A stretch of 45,563 bases of DNA from the NCBI GenBank assembly GCA_045612145.1, contig JAZKYN010000070.1, positions 1 to 45,563 of the forward strand, in the 5' to 3' direction. The position numbers and the translations under genes are program-made. The stretch comes from Bacilli bacterium. GTDB taxonomy: Bacteria; Bacillota_I; Bacilli_A; ML615J-28; CAG-313. This document shows positions 5,543 to 15,613 of the stretch, piece by piece. The notes below the pieces were generated by a model, which saw only the letters and a program-made list of their open reading frames with translations, made no database searches and had not been told where the DNA came from. Within the stretch, counting starts at the first letter, position 1. Each line of letters begins with the position of its first letter.

Positions 5543-7024
5543 ATGATTGATACAAACATTTTAAAACATATTGGAAGAATTAAAATAAAAAGTAGTATCG
5601 TTCCTACTGGTAACGTTGAGCAAGATAAAAAACTACTAATGAAAATGTTAGAAGAAACTTTAACTAAGCACACCGAAAACCAAAACGATATGAAGATTTT
5701 AAAAGAATATCACGACAACGTTCAACAACTTGATAAGCATAAGGAAATGAGAAGTGATATTGACAATCAAGTAAAAGTCCCTGACGTTTATAGAATAACA
5801 AGGGATTTAAACGGTCACATTTGTGGTAGCGGAGTTATTTTTTCTGATTCGACAGGTAAATACCCTAAACAAATGCTTAAACTAAATACTTATTTTAAAA
5901 AATCTTTCTTTTCTTCTGTTTATATAAAAGCTAATAAAAACGCAAGTTTATACGGAGTTGGTTACTATTATATAGAACCTAACAAAAACGAAGAAATTTT
6001 ATCTCCTTTCTCAATCGAAAGTGAAAATTTAGACCCTCTATATACGTATTGTGTTTATAGTAATGACGTTATTCCTAAAAAAACTTGGGCTGTATTAGTA
6101 AATGAATATACAGACGAAAAAAAGGTTCTTAAAAAGCGTTATTTAGTATGGTCAAAATATAATCAGTTCGTAATAGAAGAAGATGGAATCAAGCAATTAA
6201 AAGTAATTGAAGATTATCCTTTAGTTTTTAAACAAATTCCAGTTATTGAAATTCAAAGAAACGAAGATAGAATTGGTGACTGCGAATTAGCTTTAGGAAT
6301 TATCGACGCTAAAAACTTATTGTTCAGTAATCGAATTGATGATGTTCAACAAGTAGTTGACTATGTATATATTTTATATAATCTAAGAATTACTGATGAA
6401 GATGCTACTTTAAAAGACAAAAAAGAAGCTTTAACAAATATTCTTAATTCAAGAGTTATAGAGCTAGAAACAATTAACCCTCAAATTCAACCGAAAGTTG
6501 ACATTTTAAAGAACCCGCTTAATCAAACAGAAATACAAACACTAGCAAACTATTTAGATAGTATATTAAATGTTATTGTTGCATTGCCTGATAGAAATTC
6601 AAGCGGTGGAGGACAAAATGATACTGGTGTCGCTAACGATTACAAGTTAGGATTCAGAACTTTAGACACTTACAGTGACATAGTTACACCTTATATCATT
6701 AAATCTTTAGAAGAATTACTTTCTATTATATTCAAAATCATTAAAAACGATTCTGAATATTCTAAAGAAATTGGAAAATTAAAATTATCTGACGTGGAAG
6801 TAAAACCACAAAGAAACAAAATCTTTAGCATTACTGATGCGGCTAATTCTTACAGCACATTAAGAAGTGCAGGATTAAATGATGAAGATGCGTTAAAGAT
6901 TACAAATATTTCTCAAGATGTTGCTGAAACAGCAAACAAAAACAAAGCATCAAGAGAACAAGAACAAGTAGTTGCTACAAAAACAGATAAAATTGTTGAA
7001 GATGTAAGCAACACACAAAAATAG
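5543..7024 (+). CDS. portal protein
   Basis: 493 aa, immediately downstream of terL and upstream of the scaffold and capsid genes. Size and position are typical of SPP1 gp6-type portals. Confidence 0.8.
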   Translation: MIDTNILKHIGRIKIKSSIVPTGNVEQDKKLLMKMLEETLTKHTENQNDMKILKEYHDNVQQLDKHKEMRSDIDNQVKVPDVYRITRDLNGHICGSGVIFSDSTGKYPKQMLKLNTYFKKSFFSSVYIKANKNASLYGVGYYYIEPNKNEEILSPFSIESENLDPLYTYCVYSNDVIPKKTWAVLVNEYTDEKKVLKKRYLVWSKYNQFVIEEDGIKQLKVIEDYPLVFKQIPVIEIQRNEDRIGDCELALGIIDAKNLLFSNRIDDVQQVVDYVYILYNLRITDEDATLKDKKEALTNILNSRVIELETINPQIQPKVDILKNPLNQTEIQTLANYLDSILNVIVALPDRNSSGGGQNDTGVANDYKLGFRTLDTYSDIVTPYIIKSLEELLSIIFKIIKNDSEYSKEIGKLKLSDVEVKPQRNKIFSITDAANSYSTLRSAGLNDEDALKITNISQDVAETANKNKASREQEQVVATKTDKIVEDVSNTQK

Positions 7025-7091
7025 GTACATACATTAAAAATAATGTACAGATACAAAAGGCAAAATTCATTTTATGAAAGGAGAAATTACA

Positions 7092-7673
7092 ATGCCACAA
7101 CAAATTTCAGACCCAAACGTAACACCTATTACAAACAACAACCCAGCACCATCTAATGGTGGCGGTAGTGGTGAACCAAATCCACAAAATGGTGTTGTAG
7201 ATGTAGAAGCGGAAGTTAGCAAAAGAATGGCATCGAAAGAAGAAGAACTAAGAAAACAAATTTTAAAAGAGATAGAAGAAGAAAAAAACCTTTCAGATGT
7301 TCAAAAATTAGAATTAGAAAGACAAAAATTTGCAGAAGAAAAACTTAAATGGCAAAAACAAGTCGAAGAACAAACTTTAGCTTTAAATGTTGACAAAGTA
7401 AAAGGTATTTATGTTAAAGCTGGGTTAAGTAATGAGTTGGTTGATTTGCTTGCGACTAAAGTAGGCTTAGATTATTCTGTTGCTGAAAGTGAAGCAAATA
7501 AAGTAGCAAAAGCTATCAACGATTTTGTAGAACAAAAAACAAAAGAATTAAAAGAAACAGTTCAAAAGCAACAACCATCTTTACAGATTAAACCCGAAAA
7601 TCAGGACAATAATTTATCATACTTTGAAAAATTTAATAGTCAATCGGAAACAAAATCGAATTATTTTAAATAA
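7092..7673 (+). CDS. scaffolding protein
   Basis: Start moved to the ATG 8 nt after AGGAG. Charged coiled-coil-like E/K-rich sequence lying between portal and capsid. Confidence 0.6.
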   Translation: MPQQISDPNVTPITNNNPAPSNGGGSGEPNPQNGVVDVEAEVSKRMASKEEELRKQILKEIEEEKNLSDVQKLELERQKFAEEKLKWQKQVEEQTLALNVDKVKGIYVKAGLSNELVDLLATKVGLDYSVAESEANKVAKAINDFVEQKTKELKETVQKQQPSLQIKPENQDNNLSYFEKFNSQSETKSNYFK

Positions 7674-7704
7674 AAAATATTATAGTTAAAGGAGAAAGAA
7701 AAAA

Positions 7705-8334
7705 ATGCCAACAAATTATAAAAACGTTTATGGCACTTCAAGAGCAAAAGGAAACTTTTTAGCTAGTGAAGTTGGAAAAAAATTAGAAACAAGAGATTTC
7801 ACTGACGTTGCTGCTACTTTAGGTACAGACGTAGTTGAAGCTGGCGGAAAAACTGTAAAAGTTATTAAAAAAGGTAAACTTTACCCTGCTAACACAACAA
7901 ATGCAGTAGGTGTTGTTTTTGAAGATGTTTACCCTGATGCAGATGGAAACTATGTAGGTTCATTAATGACTGGCGGTTATGTATGGGAAGACAGATTAGA
8001 AGACGTTCCTGCAAGTGCAGCTAACACTTCATTAAAAGCTTTAGGATTATATATCTTAAAACATTATACTGTTGAAAGACCTGACTTTGGTACTGGTGAA
8101 TTAATCCAATTAACAAAACCAAGCGTAACAGTTAGCTCAGGTGTAGCTACTTGGGGTGCTGTACCAAACGCACAAAATTATATCGTATTCGTTGACGGTG
8201 AATTTGCTGCTATGACAGACGGAACTTCTGCAACAATCGAAGGAAAAGCTGGTCAAAAAGTTACAGTAGTTGCTACTGGTGATTATAAGACTTATAGAAA
8301 CAGCGAACTAAGCAACGAAGCAGCATACGCATAG
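7705..8334 (+). CDS. head decoration-like protein with C-terminal Ig/FN3-like domain
   Basis: It sits directly before the major capsid gene, as in lambda D-E order. The C-terminal segment ATWGAVPNAQNYIVFVDG resembles FN3. Confidence 0.45.
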   Translation: MPTNYKNVYGTSRAKGNFLASEVGKKLETRDFTDVAATLGTDVVEAGGKTVKVIKKGKLYPANTTNAVGVVFEDVYPDADGNYVGSLMTGGYVWEDRLEDVPASAANTSLKALGLYILKHYTVERPDFGTGELIQLTKPSVTVSSGVATWGAVPNAQNYIVFVDGEFAAMTDGTSATIEGKAGQKVTVVATGDYKTYRNSELSNEAAYA

Positions 8335-8346
8335 GAGGATAAATAA

Positions 8347-9348
8347 ATGAGAACAACATTAAGTACATTAGAATTATCACAATTCACACAAGCTTATAAA
8401 CCACAAATCAATTATCTTGGTGATGAATTACTTCCTAACCAATTCTATGACAGCGTTCAATTTGCTTGGGAAATGGTTAGAGGTAAAGACGCATTACCAG
8501 TTATGGCTGAAGTAAGTGCATTAGATGCTGAAGCACCAATCAGACAACGTAATGATGCTGAAAGATTCGAAGAAGAAGCATTATACATTAAACATAAAAT
8601 CAATTTAACAGAACACGAAGCAAGAGTTAAACGTTATGGTGTTGGTAGTCAACAAATTAAAGAATTAGTATTTGGTGACATTGACAACTTATACCGTGGT
8701 GTTCGTGCTAGAGTTGAAGCTATGAAAATGGAATTATTTGCTACTGGTAGAATCACTATTAAAGAAAACAACATCAACAAAACAGTTGATTACAAAATGT
8801 CTTCAGAAAACATTTTTGCAATTGACTTAACTGATGAAAATGCAGATGTATTTGAATTAGTAGAAAGAGTTAAAGATGCTGCTAGACAAAAAGGTAAAGA
8901 AATTAACGCTGCAATTGTTAGCTCAAGAGTTATTAGTTTACTAAAGAAAAACAAAGTTTTACAAGAAGCTAGAAAAAATTCAAGCATTGTTGTTGACCCT
9001 TCTGAAGGTGCATTTATGACTTGGTTAAGAGCTGCTTTAGAATTACAATTTGCTGTATATGATGCTCAATATCAATACGAAAATGCTGATGGTTCAAAAG
9101 CAACATCTCGTTTCTTCCCAGATGATAGAATCACATTCTTAGCTTATAATGGTGCATTAGGTGTTGGTGCATTCTCACCTACTCCAGAAGATATGTTACT
9201 AAATGAAGAATCATATAGAATTGATAACTTAGCAACAGTTACAGAATGGGTAGAAAAAGACCCTGCTGCTCAATGGACTAAAGTTTCAACAACAGCACTT
9301 CCAATTATTGCAGATATGGATAACGTCTATATTTGTTATACAATGTAA
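8347..9348 (+). CDS. major capsid protein (gpE-like family)
   Basis: 333 aa. Position and N-terminal pattern are typical of the phage major capsid protein E family. Confidence 0.8.
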   Translation: MRTTLSTLELSQFTQAYKPQINYLGDELLPNQFYDSVQFAWEMVRGKDALPVMAEVSALDAEAPIRQRNDAERFEEEALYIKHKINLTEHEARVKRYGVGSQQIKELVFGDIDNLYRGVRARVEAMKMELFATGRITIKENNINKTVDYKMSSENIFAIDLTDENADVFELVERVKDAARQKGKEINAAIVSSRVISLLKKNKVLQEARKNSSIVVDPSEGAFMTWLRAALELQFAVYDAQYQYENADGSKATSRFFPDDRITFLAYNGALGVGAFSPTPEDMLLNEESYRIDNLATVTEWVEKDPAAQWTKVSTTALPIIADMDNVYICYTM

Positions 9349-9363
9349 TGAGAGGTTAAAGAA

Positions 9364-9591
9364 ATGGAAAAGTATTATTTAATATCAGGAAAAGCACTTA
9401 TTAACATTAATTTTAGAAATTCAAAAACTTGGTTAAAACCAAGCGAAGGATTTTCAAACCAAGTAATCACTGAATCTGATTTAAAAAAATATCGTAGATT
9501 TTTAGTAATTGATTTACAATTAGAATGTGATGAAAACGGGCAAGTAAAGAAAAAAGCACAACCTAAAGTTACTGAAGAAGTTGTTGCTTAA
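9364..9591 (+). CDS. hypothetical protein
   Basis: GAGAGG RBS; lies in the head module. Confidence 0.5.
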   Translation: MEKYYLISGKALININFRNSKTWLKPSEGFSNQVITESDLKKYRRFLVIDLQLECDENGQVKKKAQPKVTEEVVA

Positions 9592-9653
9592 TTAAAGCTT
9601 ACTTACATAGGTGTTAATAATACAACGAAACTAAAAAAGAAAGAGGTTTTAAT

Positions 9654-9986
9654 ATGCAAGAAGAATATTCTAAATTAAGAAGCGATTTGAACGTAAAAAT
9701 GCAAGGTTTTTTTGGTTCAGAGCCAAAGGTAGTCAACGCTTTAGATGATATTATTATCAATTGCGAATATAGAATTAAGAGGCGTATTAAAGCCTCTTCT
9801 ATTTCAACTATTTATGAAAAGTATTATGATGTTTTATATTCTATGGTAAAAATTGATTATGAAAGACTTGGTGTAGAAGGTGAATTGATTAGAGATAATA
9901 ATGGAATTAAAACTCAAGTTGGTCACATTAGACCTAGTGATGAAATTCTATCTCAAATCCCTTTAAACATAGGTGCTAAAATATGA
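9654..9986 (+). CDS. head-tail connector (gp6-like adaptor) candidate
   Basis: Size and position after the capsid gene; GAGG RBS. Confidence 0.4.
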   Translation: MQEEYSKLRSDLNVKMQGFFGSEPKVVNALDDIIINCEYRIKRRIKASSISTIYEKYYDVLYSMVKIDYERLGVEGELIRDNNGIKTQVGHIRPSDEILSQIPLNIGAKI

Positions 9987-10564
9987 AATTAAGAGAAATA
10001 GATAAAAGCAACATTTACATTGGTTACTTAATAGGTTATAAAAACAACAAACCTATATATGGTAATCCAATTGCAACTAAAGCACAGATAGGTTTAAACG
10101 CAAAAGGCAGAATGGTTCAAAACGCTTATGGAAACAGTCAACAATACGATTTAAGACTACAATTTGAAATAGATGATATAAATAAATATATAAATGAAAA
10201 CACTGTATTTTGGATTAATATTTATCCTAAAGAAGGCAACGCTAATTATAAGGTTTTAAAAATTAATAATTGGCAAAGCGGAATTTTAGATGTTTATTGC
10301 ACTCATATCGAAGAAAGTCACGATTCGTTTTATGTTTACGATTTCCAATATGGTATTTACGAGGTTCAAGGAATTATTGATTATGACAATATGAAATTAT
10401 TAGTACCTCATTCGAATTTATATTTTGGAACAATAGATAGCTGTTTATGGTTAGAAGAACCAGTAGATGAAAATGATTTAGAACATTTGTATCAAATATA
10501 CGATTTCGACCAAGATAACAGATATAAAATCTATTATTTAAAGAAATATGAAAGTAACAAGTAA
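9983..10564 (+). CDS. head-tail joining protein candidate
   Basis: ATGA overlap with the upstream gene; assigned from synteny. Confidence 0.35.
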   Translation: MKLREIDKSNIYIGYLIGYKNNKPIYGNPIATKAQIGLNAKGRMVQNAYGNSQQYDLRLQFEIDDINKYINENTVFWINIYPKEGNANYKVLKINNWQSGILDVYCTHIEESHDSFYVYDFQYGIYEVQGIIDYDNMKLLVPHSNLYFGTIDSCLWLEEPVDENDLEHLYQIYDFDQDNRYKIYYLKKYESNK

Positions 10565-11087
10565 TATACAATCTTTTAACAAAACTTTTAAAAAATACGT
10601 TAATTCTTTTCCGAAAAAGTTGTCAAAATTTATAGAATACATTTGTGATGAATTTTATAATAAATTATATAAAAACATTAACAAATCTTTACCGAACGAA
10701 CATATTGACGATTTTTCATTTACTAACGATATTCAAAAAGTAAAAAAAGGAGATTTATACTGGGTTATAGAACTAGGAAAAAACAGTGTTAGATACAACG
10801 AAAAAACTGGTGACGCAGTAAATCCGTTTTATTATTTTGAGTTTGGTTTTGGTTACATAGGAAACTTAACTCCTTTAGATATACAATCAAAAGCGTATCA
10901 AATGGGTTGGGAATACGATGTTAATAATCACGATGTAGATGGTTGGAGATATAAAGCTCTAGGTCTAACAAATTGGACTCAAGGTATTGAAGGTGAAGGA
11001 TATATAAGAGACACAATTTATTGGTTTGAAAAGAATCAACAAAAAATAGTTGAAAAAGCTTTAAAAAAGGCAGGTATTATAAAATGA
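10548..11087 (+). CDS. HK97 gp10-like head-tail component candidate
   Basis: Assigned from synteny. YYFEFGFG resembles the EFG motif of gp10-like proteins. Confidence 0.35.
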   Translation: MKVTSNIQSFNKTFKKYVNSFPKKLSKFIEYICDEFYNKLYKNINKSLPNEHIDDFSFTNDIQKVKKGDLYWVIELGKNSVRYNEKTGDAVNPFYYFEFGFGYIGNLTPLDIQSKAYQMGWEYDVNNHDVDGWRYKALGLTNWTQGIEGEGYIRDTIYWFEKNQQKIVEKALKKAGIIK

Positions 11088-11497
11088 ATTTAGACATACA
11101 TCAATATTTAGAAGAATTAAAAAACCATTTAAAGGCTACAATAAAGAAAGTTAATTTTGATTTATATAGTGTAAACAAAAGAACTACTTTACCTTCCGTT
11201 GTTATATCTATCGAAAATTTTTCAGAAGCAGAACAAACAGTTGACAGCTCTAGAGAGCTTAAATATTGTGATGTATCAATTTCTTTTGAAGTTTTTACTA
11301 AAGATGAACAAGATTTTTCTAAAGAAGAAAAATGTAACAAAATAGTTAATTCAATAATAAATAGTTTAAAAAATGAAAATTATAGAAATTTATTTCTAAG
11401 CAACAGCAGACCGTTACCTAATTTAGATAGCAATGTATTTAGATGGAGAATGGTATATACTGCTACAATAAATACAAATAACAATGGAATTATTTAG
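11084..11497 (+). CDS. tail completion / terminator protein candidate
   Basis: It lies directly upstream of the major tail protein and has an overlapping start. Confidence 0.35.
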   Translation: MNLDIHQYLEELKNHLKATIKKVNFDLYSVNKRTTLPSVVISIENFSEAEQTVDSSRELKYCDVSISFEVFTKDEQDFSKEEKCNKIVNSIINSLKNENYRNLFLSNSRPLPNLDSNVFRWRMVYTATINTNNNGII

Positions 11498-11514
11498 AAA
11501 GGAGAAATAATTTT

Positions 11515-11988
11515 ATGGCTAGTTCAACATACGGAACATATTTGATGATTAAAGCAACATATGATTCTACTCAAAAAAAGTGGAGTGCAAGTACAGGTGG
11601 AACTACTACTTATACTAAATTAATCGACATCAAAGATTTTTCAGATTTAGGTGGTGAACCTGAAACAATTGAAACAACAACTTTATCAGATAAGACTCAA
11701 ACTAACGTTTTAGGTGTTGAAGCAATGGGTACATTAACATTCACTGCTAACTATACTAAAAGCGATATGGTTAAGTTAGATGCATTAGAAGATGGAAATG
11801 ATTATAATTTTGAACTTTGGTTCTCAACAAAAGAATTAAGCACAACACCAGCAGTTGCAGACGCTACCGAAGGAAGATTTTCTTTCTCAGGTCAATTAAG
11901 AGCTTACCCTCTTGGAAAAGGTGTTAATGAAGTTAGAGAAATGCAAATTACAATTTCGAATTCAACAAGCATTAAATTCGAAGAATAA
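11515..11988 (+). CDS. major tail protein (phi13/TP901-1-like)
   Basis: The segment IKDFSDLGGEPETIETTTLSDK...GTLTFTANY matches the signature of this MTP family. It precedes the G/T chaperones and the TMP. Confidence 0.75.
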   Translation: MASSTYGTYLMIKATYDSTQKKWSASTGGTTTYTKLIDIKDFSDLGGEPETIETTTLSDKTQTNVLGVEAMGTLTFTANYTKSDMVKLDALEDGNDYNFELWFSTKELSTTPAVADATEGRFSFSGQLRAYPLGKGVNEVREMQITISNSTSIKFEE

Positions 11989-12010
11989 AAAATAAAGGAG
12001 AAAATATAAA

Positions 12011-12313
12011 ATGGAAAACAATGCGTATAAACAAATCAATATGAAAATTAATGGCAAGAATTTAGTTATTCCAGAAAAATTAACTTTTGCACAAGTAATG
12101 GAATGTGAAGATAGAGGCTTAGGCTTAGAAGAAATGCAAACAAAACCTTTTAAATCAGTAACTATTATTTATAGTGTTTTAGTTAATAAAACTTTAGAAG
12201 AATCAGTGGAAGAATTAAATAAAGCGTTTGATGACGGTGAATTAGAGCCTACTGATGCTTTAACACATTTACTTCCTTTATACACAAATTTTTTAGTACG
12301 CCGCTCGAAATAA
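12011..12313 (+). CDS. tail assembly chaperone G
   Basis: 100 aa, lying between the MTP and the TMP. Confidence 0.7.
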   Translation: MENNAYKQINMKINGKNLVIPEKLTFAQVMECEDRGLGLEEMQTKPFKSVTIIYSVLVNKTLEESVEELNKAFDDGELEPTDALTHLLPLYTNFLVRRSK

Positions 12314-12735
12314 CAAAAACAATTGATTCCAATGAAAGCAGCAATAGTTTAAGTAAAAAAAACAAATTTACTTTAAATGATTTGTTCGATAAATACGGTT
12401 CATTAAAAAACTTTATTTACGAGAATTATTTCGTGCCTGCAATATCTTTAGGAGTTGACTACAATACATTGCTTGGGTTAACTCCTATTTCTTATAATGT
12501 GGTTATGAAAGGACTAATGAAAAGAAGAGAGCTAGCTTTAAAAGAGCAAGATGAACTTAATTTTTTATTATCTTTATATATACTAAGTGGAGTAGCAGGA
12601 AAGAAAATAGACAAACCGCTTTTACAAGAATGGAGTTTCGAGCGAAGCGAAAAAGAAATTCTAGAATCTAAAAAAGAAAAATTTATAAATATAGCGAATA
12701 AAATAAACGAACAATTTAATAGAAAGGAGAATTAA
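12011..12735 (+). CDS. tail assembly chaperone G-T fusion via programmed -1 frameshift
   Basis: The -1 frame is open from 12256 to 12735. Slippery heptamers A_AAT_TTT (12286-12292) and T_TTT_TTA (12289-12295) lie in the zero frame, 6-8 codons before the G stop. Confidence 0.6.
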
Positions 12736-12736
12736 A

Positions 12737-14845
12737 ATGGATAAATTTCAAGATTTGAATTTTAACGTTGTCGCTACCGATAATGCCACGAAAGTTTTAA
12801 AAGATGTTCTTGATGTTTTAACTAAATTAGAAAAAAAGTTTAATGCTTTTAGTAAAATAACTATGCCTAATCTTAACCTAACTAAAGACCAAGTTAGTTT
12901 GTTAAAAAGTTGGAACAAGTTAGATTCTCAATTAAAACAAGTAGAAAAAGATTTAAACAAAATAGGTAAAGTACAAAAAGAAATTCAAAAATTCGAAATA
13001 GTACCAAAAGGCAAACGTCCTTTCAATTATGATAGTGGAAGTAAAAGGTATCTTGATAATAATATTGCATTAATAAAAAGAGAACAAAAAGCTATTAGCG
13101 ATGTTTTTAAAGGCAATCAATTATTACTCCCAGCACCAAGCTCAGCTACATTAAAAGCTGAAAGTCTAAGACAAGCCCATCAAATAGAAGATGAATTGTC
13201 TGACTATTGGTCAAAACAATATTTAGTAAACATAAATAAAAAAACAAAATTCCCTTATCAAGCTCTTCAATACGAAAGCGGACACGGTGTAGCACAGCTA
13301 CCTGAAGGGTTTGCAATGAACGAAAACGAAGCAGTCGAAGAATATTTAAAAGCAAGAAAACAAATTAATAAAGAACTTAAAAAAACTATTGTAGAAACTA
13401 ATAATTTAATTAGCAAATCTGCATTTGTTGATTCAGACTATAAAGAGCTTACTAGAAAAGAAGCGTTAGAGCAAGATTTAGCTAAATTAAAAAGCACTTC
13501 ATCTAAATACAATGATGCCTTACAAAAACTTGAATTAGCTCAATTAAGATATAAAAAAGTTGTTGAAAAAGTAGGATTAAACCCTAAAAATAGTCAAGAC
13601 CAATTAAGGTTAAAATCAGCACAAGAAAGTTTAAGACTTGCTAAAAAAAGAGTTGAAATGGCTCAAACACAATTGAAATTAGATTCTGGCGGTATTACAC
13701 AAGAAGAAAATAAAAAAGATAATCAAGCGTTTGAAAAAGCTAAAAAGAACGTTAATAAGTTTGTTAAATCAATAGGTAGAATTATTGTTTATCGTATTAT
13801 TCGTAGTGCTATGGCTGAAATTAAAAAAGCAGTAGTGGCTTCATCAGAAGAATTAGCTAAAGCAAGTGAACAATACAACAAAATAATGTCTAAATTTACA
13901 ACAAATACAGATAAGATAAAGTACAGTTTAGGTTTAATGATACAACCGTTTCTTGAAACTTTAACTCCAACTTTAGAAGTTGTTGCTGATGTATTTGCAC
14001 AAATTGCTAATTATCTTAGTTATATAAACGCTAAATCTCAAGGATTAACTGAATACACTAAAATTAATAGCCAATATGCTAAAGATTATTTGAAAAGTAT
14101 GAAAGAAGCTAATAACCTACTTAGTTTTGATAAATTTGAAGTGTTACAAAAAACAGAAAACAAAGACATTTACGAAACAGCAAGAGTAGAAGATGGTATT
14201 GAAGCATCAGAAACAATTCAAAATATAGCTATAACAATAAAAGATTTATCTGAATCGGTAGGAACTATTGTTACTAGTATAATTAATGTTTTAAGCAAAC
14301 TTGATGAAATAATTGAAATTACAGCAACTACTAAAATAGCAACTAGCGGAATTAATGACATTTTAAAAGGGGCTTTGAATCTTGATTTAAAACCTTTATT
14401 AGGAGGAATAGCAAAAATACTTGTTTCTATTTTTTACGCTGTTTCAAAATTTATTGATTTTATAGCTACTTTATTAACTAACGTTATTAATAGCTTTAAA
14501 AATATAATAATAAGTATTCAAAACTTTTTTACTAAAGGTACAGCATTAGAGAAACCTTTGGAAAAAATATACGATTGGCGAAAGGGTGAAATGATTAATA
14601 ACTGGAGTGAAACTTGGGAAAATGCTTATAAATCAATAGATAATTGGGTTAGCGGAAAAAGTTCTGAAATTCAAAATGAAAGTAATACTAAGAACGAAAA
14701 CACTGCTGATAGTGTTTACGGTTCTAAAAATTCTAATATAGTAGTAGATTTTAAAAATGTAAACAATAATGCAATTGCTAGAGAACTTGCTAAACCAATT
14801 GCAGACCAACTTAAAAAACAAAATATCAAGGTAACATATAGTTAG
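12737..14845 (+). CDS. tape measure protein
   Basis: 702 aa. Long coiled-coil N-terminal half and hydrophobic segments. Canonical position. Confidence 0.85.
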   Translation: MDKFQDLNFNVVATDNATKVLKDVLDVLTKLEKKFNAFSKITMPNLNLTKDQVSLLKSWNKLDSQLKQVEKDLNKIGKVQKEIQKFEIVPKGKRPFNYDSGSKRYLDNNIALIKREQKAISDVFKGNQLLLPAPSSATLKAESLRQAHQIEDELSDYWSKQYLVNINKKTKFPYQALQYESGHGVAQLPEGFAMNENEAVEEYLKARKQINKELKKTIVETNNLISKSAFVDSDYKELTRKEALEQDLAKLKSTSSKYNDALQKLELAQLRYKKVVEKVGLNPKNSQDQLRLKSAQESLRLAKKRVEMAQTQLKLDSGGITQEENKKDNQAFEKAKKNVNKFVKSIGRIIVYRIIRSAMAEIKKAVVASSEELAKASEQYNKIMSKFTTNTDKIKYSLGLMIQPFLETLTPTLEVVADVFAQIANYLSYINAKSQGLTEYTKINSQYAKDYLKSMKEANNLLSFDKFEVLQKTENKDIYETARVEDGIEASETIQNIAITIKDLSESVGTIVTSIINVLSKLDEIIEITATTKIATSGINDILKGALNLDLKPLLGGIAKILVSIFYAVSKFIDFIATLLTNVINSFKNIIISIQNFFTKGTALEKPLEKIYDWRKGEMINNWSETWENAYKSIDNWVSGKSSEIQNESNTKNENTADSVYGSKNSNIVVDFKNVNNNAIARELAKPIADQLKKQNIKVTYS

Positions 14846-14853
14846 GTGATAAT

Positions 14854-15612
14854 ATGACAACAAATTTTATGACTATAACAATTGACGGAATTGACATTAG
14901 TAAATATTCAGAATATTATGTTTTAAATCATATAACAAAAAAGACAGAACCTAAAAGAAGTGACGCTTTTACTATGACAAACATAAACGAAATTGAACAA
15001 GTAGAAATTCCAGAAATATTTATTAAATTTAAATATATAAAAATAGATTTATACAGACAAATAATTCAAGCAACAAGAAAAACAGAATTTGCAGTAACAT
15101 ATTATGACCAAGACTATGATATGATTAGAACAAATATGTTTTATTTAAAAGATAAAACTAGTTTGAATCCACACGCTTGGGGTGGAAGATATTACGGTTT
15201 TAAAGAATTTGAACTAAATTTAGTTTGTACAATGAATCCAGTTTCTACACTTAGTATTGGATTATATAATGAATCTAACGTAGAATATAAACTACCTTAC
15301 CTTATTGATTGTGGTAAAATTTCAGATGCTAACAAAAGTGTATATGTGTCAACAAAATTAAACGATAGTTTTATTGCTAATGAAATAGAAGTAACATTTT
15401 CTAATGATTCTTTAAAATTAAGTGGTACAAACGTAGTTAAAGAAGAAGAAAGTAATGTTTATAAAGTTAAAACAAACAATTCAACTCAGACTTTAATTAA
15501 TATAAATATTTCTAATTTGAAGTTTACTGGAGAATACGTTATGTTTTTAAGCGTTAAAGATTCAAATTACGGTAATAGTACTGTTAGCTGTGTGTTGAAA
15601 GTAGGAAATTAA
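14854..15612 (+). CDS. distal tail protein (Dit) candidate
   Basis: 252 aa, immediately after the TMP. Confidence 0.55.
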   Translation: MTTNFMTITIDGIDISKYSEYYVLNHITKKTEPKRSDAFTMTNINEIEQVEIPEIFIKFKYIKIDLYRQIIQATRKTEFAVTYYDQDYDMIRTNMFYLKDKTSLNPHAWGGRYYGFKEFELNLVCTMNPVSTLSIGLYNESNVEYKLPYLIDCGKISDANKSVYVSTKLNDSFIANEIEVTFSNDSLKLSGTNVVKEEESNVYKVKTNNSTQTLININISNLKFTGEYVMFLSVKDSNYGNSTVSCVLKVGN

Positions 15613-15613
15613 T

